This document shows positions 14,004 to 25,842 of a stretch of DNA of 64,000 bases, in pieces. The position numbers and the translations under genes are program-made. The DNA is from Camelus ferus (taxonomy: Eukaryota), in contig NC_045696.1 of the NCBI RefSeq assembly GCF_009834535.1, forward strand, positions 107,262,001 to 107,326,000, read 5' to 3'. The notes below the pieces were generated by a model that made no database searches, was not told where the DNA came from, and saw nothing but the letters and a program-made list of their open reading frames with translations. Each line of letters opens with the position of its first letter. The stretch's first letter is position 1.

Positions 14004-14559
14004 AACAAGGTTTTACCTTTAAAATTCTTTCTATTTTATCTACCATTGCTTTTTTTTTACAGCAGGCATATATTATACCCATTCTAATATGTTAAAAAAT
14101 TGAAAAATCTATTAGGTCAACCAATTATTAAAACTATATGGGCCACTGCCGATATTTGTGAAGAATGTTAATACGATAAAGCCAAAAGGTTGTATAGGTT
14201 ATATACATACCTTCTGCTAAAAGGCTATTTTGAGATTATAAAGAAACATATGCTCTTTTCTTCCCCTGAAAATCATGTTTATCAACTCTTTCTTTCTTTC
14301 TTTCTTTTTTTTTTTTTTTTTTTTTTTTTTTTAGTACTTTTGAAGGGTAAGTTTCCAATGCTACTTTCAGGAATACCATCACTACTAAGATAGAAACAAT
14401 ATTTATCACTGTACCACCAGTTCTTAGCATATCAGGCACACAAGGATTTGGTGACTGAGGTTGATGCCACATAAGGATAGGGTACCTGTGGCAATGAGGT
14501 CAATAGGTAGGATTCTATATTTCCACTTTGTTACAAACTGATTACAGGCAGTATTTGTT

Positions 14560-15480
14560 ACAAGGCAGTATTCAGTTATCAACTCATCAAAAGACAGAAA
14601 AAGAAGAAAAGAGTAGACAAAACAAGAAAAAATAAGTCTACTTATAAACTATATGTAAATGAGTTTAGCTCATTTATAAGGGCTTATCAGATTTGATATA
14701 AAAATAAAATACAAAATCTAAAGCTGCTTATAGGAGAGAAAGGCTGAAAATAAATGAAAAAAATTTCTGGCAAAGACCAACACAAAAAAAGATGATGTAG
14801 CAATCTTAATAACTGACATAATATTATGGCAACATTAACAGGTATGAAGAGGTATTATATATATAGTAATAAAAGTATAAATAAGCTAAGGAAATATATC
14901 AAAACTTTATATATACCTCACTTTTAATATAAACAAGGGAAAACTAATATAATTACAAGAAAAATTCATCTTGAATCACTGCATGAACCTCTAATACACT
15001 TATATTAAAAACTGATAAGAGGTAAGTAAGGATATAGAATACTTGATCCACAAAATCATTAAGTTTAATCTAACAGTTACATAGAGAACCTCCATCAAAC
15101 AGAAGAATATATATTTTCAAGTATACATGGAACATTTTAAATAACTGATCATATATTCACAAAGAAAGACAAAAAGTTCAAAGAACTTATATCTAAGACC
15201 ACCTTCTCTGACCATAATGTTGAAATCATCAATAAAACATTTTTAGATGTTTGAAAAATTAAAAATGGCCTCCTAGACAAAAAAATTTAAAAGAAAAAAT
15301 CATAATAGAAATAAAATAAGAACCAGGCAACAATAAAAGTATTAAGCTATCAAAATGTGGAGCTCAGCTTATAGCCTTAACGCATCTGTAACAAAAACAT
15401 AAGACTAAATATGCTTAACTAATACATTTTCAATTAAAAAACAGGAAAAAGGCAACAGAGCAAATCTTAAGAAAGCTTAA
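14560..15480 (+). mobile_element. Very old L1 ORF2 (endonuclease region) remnant
   Basis: A-rich with degenerate L1 ORF2 motifs (catggaacatttt...ctgatcatat, ttctctgaccataatg). Confidence 0.6.
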
Positions 15481-15481
15481 G

Positions 15482-16031
15482 TGTATTAGTCATATTATAA
15501 AATTTTCTATATTTTATAAAGCTCTGACATGGCAGGGCCCTTCGGACCCAGGGAAAGACTGTACCTCCCAGGGTTACCTAATCCCTGGAGATAGCTTGAA
15601 AGCACATCTTTGATGTACAACCAACCAGTCCAGAGCCCATATCCCCAGTCATCTCCATCAAAAAACTCTCAAATACCAAGCCAATATTTTCCCTACCCTA
15701 AATTACCCCAGGGTCATGTACTAGTGATAACTAAAGACCACCTCTATCACCCAGAGCTATAAATTATTCAAACTATCCAAACCCAAACTTGCTCAAGCTT
15801 GCATACCCTGCCTCATCCATTCCTTCTCACAGACAACAGTAAAGGCTCTGGCCTATACTTTCACCTTGCTCCTTTGTCTCCTTGGTGCTTCCCCAGGTGG
15901 CTCAGGGTGGTGTGGCTCCTGTTCCTAAGGAATTGTGAGTAAAAACTTCTCCTTCATGACAGTCATTTCCATGACAGTGTGTGTGTTTTACTCTACCTGA
16001 TTAAACCAAATCCTGGGTACATTTCAAAACA
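15482..16031 (+). mobile_element. ERV solo LTR
   Basis: TG...CA termini (tgtattagt...caaaaca), LTR-like internal composition, inserted in old L1. Confidence 0.6.
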
Positions 16032-16088
16032 TTAAAGGAAATAAAGAGCAGAATTTAACAAAATGGAAAGTCAGAAAAAAATATCCTA

Positions 16089-16233
16089 ATGGCCCACATT
16101 CTGCCTATGGAGTGTGCATATCTCCTAAGCTGTTTTCCTTTCTGAGTGAGACAGACCCCACTAGCTGTGAAGTGTGTTCTCTCTCTAAATAAACTTGCTT
16201 TCACCTTAAAATTAAAAAAAAAAAAAAAAAAAA
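16089..16233 (+). mobile_element. Polyadenylated 3' fragment of an ERV1-type LTR (probable L1-mediated retrocopy)
   Basis: cctatggagtgtg...ctctctctaAATAAActtgctttcacc followed by A20 (16214-16233); flanks aaaaaaatatccta / aaaaaaaaacccta look like a TSD. Confidence 0.6.
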
Positions 16234-16869
16234 CCCTAGAGAAGAGTTTTTCAAACTTAGGAATCACAAGCACTATCTATAAAGGAAAAAAAATAAATAT
16301 GGAAAAGATTGACAAAAAGGTACATTAAATCTTCTGCTTTCCTTAAAATCAGCAGTGAGATAGAATTCACACACAAAATTCACTGATTTTAAGTGTAGAG
16401 TTCGAGTCTTGACAAGTACATAAAATTGCATAACCCAGACCACAATCAAGATCTAAAATATTTTAATCACCCCAATAAGTCCCCTTGTGCTTCTTTATAG
16501 TCAGTCCTCTCCTTCTTAGCAACTACTAAGGGGCTATCACAATAGTTTTTGCCTTTTCTTGAATTCCTCATAAAAGGAATCATATAAGTTGACTATATTA
16601 AATTTAACACTTCTGTTCATCAGATCCCTTACTATCAAAAACATCACCAACTTACTTTGAAAAATGTTATAAAAAGCCTTACTAAAAGAGAGAAAGTTCT
16701 AGTGAGATTAGTATCACCAGAGAATACAAATAGCAACTTATCAGACATAGAGATGAACAGATGGCATAATGGAGCTGGGAACCCTTGCATTCTGGGAGGG
16801 AGTAGAATTTACTTTACTCTAGAAATGGGACTGCCTTCCCTGCCCAAAGCATCCCTCAACATTTATAGT

Positions 16870-18170
16870 ACCCCTGCCCGACACCATTATCCAACAGCTT
16901 CAAAATGTTTGCTTTATCCAAAATGAGACCCATCTTAACACCACCTCAAACCAAAGGACTCGTTTAATGGTGAAGGAGAAATAACAATAAGCATTTGACC
17001 ATGGCATCCACTGGTCCTACTACATATCACATCATGAGGAAACTGCCACACTACCAGAATGATGGAGTGGCATATTAAAGGCTCAGCTGACCAGTCATCC
17101 TGTTGGTCTTCCAGGATGCAGTATATGCACTGAACCGAAGAGTATGGTGTTACATCCCTATTAGCTAGAATGCACATGTCCAGAAGCCCAAAGATAAAAG
17201 CTGGACTGACTCTTTCCCCAATCAATCCCAGTAACTCACTTACGGAATCTGGGAGTCCCATACCCACAATTTAAAACCTCTCTTGTATTAGAGGTCCTGT
17301 GGGTAATGCTTCTACCTGATGATACAACAAGGGTTCCAATGAACCTAAAAAGCTACAACCACAAAAGTCAATGGAAGAGAGGCTTCCAGAGGAGGGAGGC
17401 ACCAAGCACCTTCTTGATACAGGGCCTTTGCACACATGTTCTCTGTTAGAATGTTCTTCCCTACTTCTTTATCCGCTGAATTTCAACTCATCCATCCAGT
17501 CTCTAATTAAGAGAAATCTTCTCCAATCCCTGAATGTCAGGGCTAGGCTAGTTTCTCTCTCCCTTTACATGCTCTCATGGCTCTGAAAGTTTCCTACATA
17601 ACCCTTATCACAATTGTGTTAATTGAAATGTGATTAATATAAATAGAATTTTACTAATTGAAATGTAATTAAAAGAATGTGCATTTTACAAAAAGCTACA
17701 ACCACTACCTGGGCACTTCAGGCTCCCCCTTAGTCTTGACAGACTAGCAGGCAAAGAAAGAAAGAAATATACCAGCAGTGATAAGTGACTGACTATATTA
17801 GGAGTTGTTGTATACAGTGTGGGCAGGGAGCAATCTGTCTGAAACTCAGGGCATTTTCCATGCTTGGTACTAACAAAGAAAACAGTAAATTGCAGCAACC
17901 ATGGCCAAAAAGGGGCAAGACAACTAAGGGCTCAAGTCCCCCAAAGATGGAAGTCTCCAGGTCACAAGCAGCCTAGAGCAGCTGGACTGCCTGCTGGTCC
18001 CGCACAAGGGAAATCTAAAACATGTGGTGAAGGAGGAAGATGATGAATACTAATCCTTGGCTCAAGACCAGCTGCATCAGCAAGTTGCACCAGCTTGCAC
18101 CACCAACCCTTTCTAAATTTCTGTTGAAGAGACTGCAGTGATTCAGTGAAGGATTAGAATCGATGCAGGG
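16870..18170 (+). mobile_element. ERVL/MaLR internal remnant (integrase-like), fragmented
   Basis: ggcatccactggtcctactacata... translates GIHWSYYISHHEETATLPE*WSGILKAQL, similar to the ERVL integrase motif GIHWSYHVPHHPEAAGLIERWNGLLK. Confidence 0.65.
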
Positions 18171-18334
18171 TCCAAGTAGATCATAGTAGAGCAAGAGGTA
18201 CATTTGTGGCAGTTTGTTACACAGCAAAAAACTAAAACAGCTAGAATCAAAGGAGAGGCTGACAGCAAGACAGATTCTATCAGAATTCTCTTACACTTCA
18301 TCTTCATGCTATCCAACTCTCCTTTGATTCTAGC

Positions 18335-18770
18335 TGTATTAGTTTCCTAATGCTGTGTAACAAACTGCCGCAAATTTAGTGGCTTAAAACAATACAAACC
18401 TCTTATCTTAAAGTTCTGGAGGCAAGTTCAAACAGGTTTTACAGGGCTAAAATCAAAGTCTGCACTCCTTCAGGAGGCCCTAGGGGAAAATTCATTCATT
18501 GTCTACTCCAGCTTCTTAGAAGCTGTCCCACATTCCTTGGCTCCTAGCCATATCATCATGACCTCTGCTTCCACTGTCACATCTCTTTCTAAAATTGACA
18601 CTCCTGTCTCCCTCTTACAAGGCTCTATGTGATCACATTGGGCCCACCCAGATAATCCAGAAAAATCAACCTGTCTCCAGAGTTTCTTCTGCCATGCAAG
18701 GTAATATATTCACAGGTTTATAAGATTAAGATGTAGATATCTTTAGGACACCATTATTCTGCCTACCACA
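18335..18770 (-). mobile_element. MaLR LTR (MLT1D-like)
   Basis: tgtattagtttcctaatgctg...agtggcttaaaacaa...cacattgggcccacccagataatccag...attctgcctaccaca. Confidence 0.85.
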
Positions 18771-19122
18771 TTAGTCATAACCTAAGGCTAATAATTTCAG
18801 GTAGGTTTTGACTTACTTCTCCCATAGTATTCAATGTGATTCATTTTCTTCCTGCCCTACGGCTTCGTTAAAGCCATGAAGTGAGACAACACTGGGAACC
18901 CACTTGACAGGCTCTTGTTTGCAGCCCTAAAACGGGAGAGGGAAGGAGAAAGAATTTACACCCTACCGAGGCAATCATCAACTTATGGAGAAGAACACAT
19001 GATACAGTTTACGCTCGTCCATCCCTGAATAGATAATTTGAAAAGCATCTAGATCCTCAGAAATTCCCACTGGGATTAAGCCCTAATTGCCACATAAATT
19101 AATAACTCAATAACACAGTCTT

Positions 19123-19268
19123 CTTTTTTTTTTTTTTTTTTTTTTGGTAGGGGGTGTGGGGGGTGGTAATTGGGTTTATTTATTTATTTAGTGGAGGTAC
19201 TAGGAATTGAGGCCAGGACCTCGTGCCCTGGCATGCACTCTACCACTGAGCTATATACCCTCCCCCTT
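19123..19268 (-). mobile_element. tRNA-Ala-derived SINE (camelid Vic-1-like)
   Basis: tRNA-like head with A/B boxes, poly(A) tail, 14-bp TSD aataacacagtctt (19109-19122, 19269-19282). Confidence 0.9.
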
Positions 19269-19401
19269 AATAACACAGTCTTGTATTGGCTTTTCTTCTT
19301 TTATTTCATTCACCCTGGTCTCTCGCTCTTGATACCCCAGATCACCTGCCAAATAAATTACCTGCACACAACTACTTGCTTTTAAATTGTACTTTAAGGA
19401 A

Positions 19402-19997
19402 ATCTACTTCAGGATGACACCTGCACCCCAATGTTCATAGCAGCACTATTTACAACAGCCAAAACATGGAAACAGCCTAAATGTCCATCAACAGGTGACT
19501 GGATAAAGAGATGTGGTATATTTATACAATGGAATACTATCAGCCATAAAAACCGACAACATAATGCCATTTGCAGCAATATGGATGCTCCTGGAGAATG
19601 TCATTCTAAGTGAAGTAAGCCAGAAAGAGAAAGAAAAATACCATATGAGAGCGCTCATATGTGGAATCTAAAAAACAAAAACAAACAAACAAACAAAAAC
19701 AAAGTGTAAATACAGGACAGAAATAGACTCACAGACAGAGAATACAGACTTGTGGTTACCAGAGGGGTGGAGGGTGGGAAGGGATAGACTGGGATTTCAA
19801 AATTGTAGAATAGATAAACAAGATTACACTGTATAGATAGCACAGGGAAATATACACAAAATGTTATGATAACTCACAGAGAAAAAAATGTGACAATGAG
19901 TGTGTATATGTCCATGAATGACTGAAAAATTGTGCTGAACACTGGAATTTGACACAACATTGTAAAATGATTATAAATCAATAAAAAATGTTAAAAA
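19402..19997 (+). mobile_element. 5'-truncated young L1 (3' end), related to the element at 10958-14003
   Basis: ORF2 end MFIAALFTTAKTWKQPKCPS, 3'UTR, A-tail; 18-bp TSD aaattgtacttta(a/c)ggaa (19384-19401, 19998-20015). Confidence 0.92.
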
Positions 19998-20389
19998 AAA
20001 TTGTACTTTACGGAAGAGGATGGGGAAGAAACCTGGTAAAGATAATCAGGTAAAGAGTTTTAGACACAGAAAATGGAAACACGATTTAATAAAATGAAAG
20101 GTATACACACAGGAGAGCGTCTGATGTTGACATTATCACTGTATAACTTTGAGTCAAATCTCTTAGCTTCTCTATTTTATCAACTGTAAATGAATGGTTT
20201 GACTTCCATGACTCTTAGTTCTTTTCAGCTCTAAACTTTTATGATACAACAAACAACACGATGGACTGGTGAAAGGGGACAGCAGAAAGGCAGAGTTGTG
20301 AGATTATCACCAAAGAGGCCAGCCAAGTAAACTGTGAACTAAGCTAGTCAGAAGGTAATGTAGTATGGATTCAAAAAGCCATAGAGAAA

Positions 20390-22545
20390 TCAGATCCCTC
20401 ATACACTGCTGGTGGAAATGTAAAATGGTATAGCCACTTTGGAAAACAGTTTGGCAGTTCCTCAAAAGGCTAAACATAGCTACCAGATAACCCAGCAATT
20501 CCATTCCTGGTTATATAAGCAAGAGAAATGAAAACATGTATTCACTAAAAATTAATAAAATGAAGTTGAACCCCTACCTTACACCATATACTAAACAGAT
20601 CAAAGACCTAAATGGACGAGCTAAAAACCATAAAACTCTTAGAAAAAAAAAAAAAACAGGGCAAAAGCTTCACATTAGCCTTGGCAATAATTTCTTGGAT
20701 TTAACACCAAAAGCACAGGCAACAAAAGAAAAATTAGATAAACTGGATTTTATCAAAATTAAACTCTTTTGTGTGCCAAAGGACAATACCATGGAATGGG
20801 AAATAATATTTGCAAGTCACATATCCAATAAGGAATTGATATCCAGAATATATAAAGAACACTGACAATTCAACAGCGAAAAAACCAACCCAATTAAAAA
20901 ATGGGAAAAGAATTTGAATAGACATTTCTCCAAAGAAGATATACAATTGGCCAATAAGCACAAGAAAAGATGCTCAACATCACTAATCATTAGGAAAATG
21001 CAAATCAAAACCATAATGATATAACACCTCACACTCATTAGGGTAGCTAATCCTATAAAAAAAAAAAGCAGAAAATAACAAGTATTGGTGAAGACGTGGA
21101 GAAATTAGAACCCTTGCGCATTACTGGGAGGAATGTAAAATGGTGCAGCCACTGTGAAAAACAGTTTGGATTCCTCAAAAACTTAAAAATATAATCAAGC
21201 AACTCTACTACTGGGTATACATCTAAAATAAGTAAAAGCAGGGTCTTAAATAGATATTTGCATACCAAGCAGTGCCTTTCCAAGCAGGTCCTAAGAAAAC
21301 TGAGTTTCCTATCAGCATAGACACAGCCCTGTGCTTTCCTGAATTTGAACCCCTGGTACACCTTAAGGAGACTGAGTTCTGTTTAGCCTAGATGCTGAGA
21401 TTCTGGGTTACCAAAGCCCAAGCCCACCATATTCATTGCAGCATTATTCACAATAACCAAAAAGCAGAAGCAAACAGCGTCCATCAACAGATGAAAGCAT
21501 AAATAAAATGTGATATATACAATCAATGGAATATTACCAGCCTTAAAAAGGACATGCTACAATGTGAAAACATTATGCTAAGTGAAATAAGCCAATCACA
21601 AAAGGACAAATATTGTGTGATTCTGCTTAAATAAAGTTCCTAGAGAGATCAAATACATAGAGACTGAAGGCAGAATGGTGGTTGCAAGGGGCTGCAGGAT
21701 GGGCAAATAAGACTTTAGTGTTTTATGGGTACAGAATTTCAGCTGAGGAAGCTGAAAAAGTTCTGGAAACAGCTGGTGGTGATGGCTGCACAACAGGGTG
21801 AATATACTTAAAGCCATAAAATATATACTTAAAAATGGTTAAAATGGTAAATTTTATATTACGTATATTTTACCACAATAAAAACAATCTATACATGAAT
21901 ATCCATAGCAGTATCATTCACAATAGTTAAAAGGGAGAAACAATCCAAATGTCCATCAACTGATAAATGGATAAATCTGGCATATCCATGCAATGGAATA
22001 TTATTCAGCAATAATAATAATAAAGTACTAATACATGTTAAGATTAAAAAAATGGTTGTGCAATAATGAGGGGTTACAAATGGATGAACCTTAAAAATTT
22101 ATGCTAACTGAAGAAGCCAACAAAGGGCTACATATTATTTGATTCCCTTTATGTGAAATGTCCAGAATGAACAAATCTATAGAGACAGAAGTACATTAAT
22201 AGCTGTCTAGGAGGACAGAGGGTAGGGGAAGTCAGAGGGTGATAACTAACAGGATTGGGGTTTCTTTTGTGGGTGGTGTAAATGTTCTATGTGGTGATGG
22301 TTGCAAAACTATCTGAAAAGTACTAAAAGCTACTGAATTGTACACTTTATCTTGAGGTTGTTGTTTTTTTTTTTTTAATTTCCTCTGATTTCATTGTTGA
22401 CCCACCAGTTTTTCAGTAGCATGTCGTTTAGTCTCCATGTAATTGTTTTTCTCATTTATCTTTCTGTGGTTGATTACAGAACTGCATACTTTAAAATGGG
22501 TGAATTGTATGTATGTGAATTATATTTCAATGAAAATTTTTTTAA
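20390..22545 (+). mobile_element. Nested old L1 fragments (L1MB/MC-like ORF2 3' part and 3'UTRs)
   Basis: Degenerate ORF2 (PYLTPYTK, TPKAQATKEKLDKLDFIKIK, gacatttctccaaagaagat) and repeated 3'UTR motifs. Confidence 0.85.
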
Positions 22546-22619
22546 AAAGCCAACAAGACCTAGTGACTGAATGGAACTGTAAAATGAAGCAAAAGGATAA
22601 ATAAAAGATTAACTAGAAA

Positions 22620-22790
22620 AGAGTAGAAACATCAGTTTGAATTCTTGCTCTGAGATTTATTATGTGTGACTTTGAGCAACTTAACTCAACCTCTCTGTGC
22701 TTTGGTAACACCTACTTACAGGGTTGTTGTGAATATTAAACAAAATAATATGTAAAACACTTAGTACAGTGCCTGCTACATAATTGCCTT
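22620..22790 (+). mobile_element. MIR SINE
   Basis: tgtgtgactttgagcaac...aacctctctgtgc...acctacttacagggttgttgtgaatattaaa...aaaacacttagtacagtgcctg. Confidence 0.75.
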
Positions 22791-23894
22791 CCCTGCACTA
22801 TTCCTCCTACCTCATGCTAAAAATTACATCACCAATTGTATGGACATATAAAATCAATGACAGTTATATCCAAATTTTATGATAAAGAAATTATGTCTGT
22901 TACAGGTAGCAAATAATCTAAAAGTCACAAATTATATGCTACTGGAAAAGCAATTTTCAACTGCTAATTCAAGCTGAAACCAGAGGCAAAGGCAAAGATA
23001 AACTTTAGAACCTCTATTCACCAATTATCTCTCAGCTTCTTTTTCTCTTCCCTTCCATTTTTAAACACTTCTTTCCTTACCTCCCCATCTTCTTTACCTT
23101 ACCCTTTATTCCAAACTACTGCTCTTGATCATGAGAAAACAACAAGTGTTTTTTTCCCCATTATAATATATGTTAAGACGGAAAAACAAAAGATTGGTCT
23201 AAGACAACCAAACTCTCCCCAGCTAACCTGCCAAAGTTCCCTAAAGAAAAAGATAACGAAAAGGAATGCAGGAAAGCTCCCACTTTCCCTTGTGTTAATG
23301 GCTCTCTTACTTTATGATCTGGAGACAGAATCCTGTGGCATCTACAAAAAGGAACTGGAATTTCTGCATACTACCTAAAACTGAGTCCCAATACCAAAAG
23401 TCAAATGCTCTAAGCAGTTAGTACAACTTGACATACTAAACTACACTTCCATTTAAAATAGAAATGTTAAATAAGAATTTAACCTCAGCCTATTTTAAAG
23501 GACAATGCCTTTCAAAGGAGCACCTGCATCATAATGCTTCTGAAATAAGATTCAGTAAAAGGATGTGGTTAACAAGCATGAACAGATGAACTGCCATTGT
23601 ACTGCTATGATTTTGTATACTTTCAGATCAGAAAATTTCTACTAAAAACACTTCAAAATAAATTCATAAATGTTATCTCTATATAGGCTTTTAGTATAAT
23701 TCTAACTCACTGTAACATTTAAAAAGACTATATCTCTATAGAAAAGATGCCACAGCAAGCCCAGAAGCTTTTCTCCCTCTACGAAGTCCTTAATGCCTCC
23801 CTCATGCCTAATTGTATTGTTTCATTATATTTCACTTCAAAACGTTTACTGGACACTTATTGCACAGAGAAAGTACACTAAGTCCTTTTAATAC

Positions 23895-24365
23895 AATAAC
23901 TTTTCAGCTTTATACGTTTATTTCTGCTTCAGTTTGTAAGTTAGCCCAGGAGATTCCCCAAACAAACGCGATGGTGGTAGATATGATATATCATTTAGTA
24001 GCGGTAAAGGAGTTGGAGGAGGAGCAATTCCCATGGGTAGAGGTGGTACTGGTAGAGCTGGTGGTGGGGATGTCCCTCCAACTGCCTGTGGATGCAGTAG
24101 AAGTGGTCCTGGAATTTAAGAGCAATCTGTGAGTCCATACTCCTGGATTTCATGCTGGAATTCTGTTTCAAGGTCTTTGAATTTTTACTCTTATTTTTGC
24201 GGCTTGTCTTGAGTTTACAGTTGGGTTCTGAATTCTTCATTTTTCTGCAATGATGACCACTATTAGAAGTGCAAAATCAGTGTCTGATTCTTGTTTGTGC
24301 TTAACTCTGAGTCCACACCAAGGGAGTGCACGAGCTGTTGATCATGTGCTTTGATTTTCTTAAGA
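23895..24365 (-). pseudogene. Processed, degraded diaphanous-formin (DIAPH2-like) fragment: coiled-coil, FH1 and start of FH2
   Basis: One continuous minus frame reads NEEFRTQL*TQDKPQK*E*KFKDLETEFQ...S*IPGPLL...PPPALPVPPLPMGIAPPPTPLP...GLTYKLKQK*TYKAE. This is collinear with recalled DIAPH2 EEFTARQEAQAELQKRDEKIKELEAEIQ...GIPGPP...LPYGMKQKKMYKPE. Upstream LVHSLGVDS/KHKQESDTDFALLI resembles IVLHCSGMDPDFKYRQRLDIDLTHLI. Multiple stops, no introns. Confidence 0.7.
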
Positions 24366-25842
24366 AACTGTGACCATCCTGCTGAGGTTCCTTCTTTATG
24401 TTTCCAGTTGAAGAGGATCTTTTTTGCTAGGTTCCAGTTTTTTGTGGTTTTTTTTTTTTTTTTTTTTCATGGTTGTTCAGTAGTCAGTTGTCGTTTTGTT
24501 ACAGTCATGAGGAGAGGCGAGCTCGTGGTCCTCCTACTTCACCATCCTGACCTTGGCTGAGGCCGCATGCCAGTAGGGAAGTCCGCACCGATCTTCATGC
24601 GGGGCTGCCAGGACTCAATACAATATGCTAATAATCCCCACAGCAACCTTATGAGGCAGATACTAATATCGCCACTTTATAACCTTCAGGGAAGGTAACA
24701 TTTCAGAACCTTCAAATGCATATCATAAAGAATAGCCACACTAGCAGCAGCCAAGTTAATCATCCCTCTTTCCTGAAACTCTTTGCTGGTTTCCTTAACC
24801 CTGTATTAAACTGGTTCTTCTCCTCCCTCTCTACCTACTCCTGGTTTACACGTCTGGCTTCTCTTTTTTCCCCCCCCTTGCTCTTCTCAGTATATGCCCT
24901 CTCTCAGTAGATCATTCATTTTTATGGCTTCATCTTATCACCTTGGCCAGCTGACTCCCAAATCTATAATTCCAATTATGTTTTCTAATCCATCCTACTG
25001 TTCCTCAACACTTCTACTTGAAAGTCTTGCTATCACTTCAAACTCAACTTGCATCAATGCCAACTCATCGTTATCACCAAAAGCCAACTCTTCTATCTTC
25101 TTTACTCGTCTGTTAATTACAAACCACTATCATCTCTTTCACCCAGACCCCCTTGAATCTGTACACAGCAATTTGCGTTGGTTTTTCCTTTGTTTCTTGT
25201 CCATCCTTTCCTGTTCTGCTGACACTGTCACCACTAAAACCCAAGCCCTCAGCAATGCACCTAAGTTACCATAAGAGCTCTTGGTTATAATTCACTCTGG
25301 TCTCTCCATTGTAGTCTGTTCTGTATAAGTTATTCACTCACACGATACATTAACTGAATGACTACTGTGTGCTAAGCATTGGCTGGGTGCTGCAGGATAT
25401 AACATTGAGAAAGACATCTTCTAACAAAGGACACAGGTAAAGCAAACAAAAATTTTTCTCAAACAAAATAATTACAGATTGTGATAAATGCTGGGATAGA
25501 TATAAACACAGTGCAATCACAGAGGACAGAGAAGAAAACGGTTATTTTTGTTAGGGATTTTAGTTAGAGATGGATTTTAAGCTGATATATGAGGATGAAA
25601 AGGAGGCAATCATGTAAATATTTAAAGTAGAGTGCTCCGAGAAAAGGAAACTGCAAAACACATAGGTTCTAGCAGGAAAAACTGGCATATTATGAGAAAT
25701 GACCTAGTCTAATGTGACTTGAAAATAATAAGAGGGAAAGTGGTACAAAATAAGGCTGAAACTGACATAAGCTAATTTTATTCTATGAGTAATAAGAAGT
25801 CATTAAAGGATTTTAAGCAGGGGAGTTCTAATCTAATACACA

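Noticed and set aside
12627..14095. 182-217 aa ORFs on the + strand
   Set aside because: They are antisense to a GC-rich L1 5'UTR with no recognisable protein; an ORF0-like role cannot be supported from sequence alone.
23812..24240. Track ORFs of 106 aa (+) and 81 aa (-)
   Set aside because: They are the antisense and alternative frames of the DIAPH2-like pseudogene fragment; there is no evidence they are real genes.
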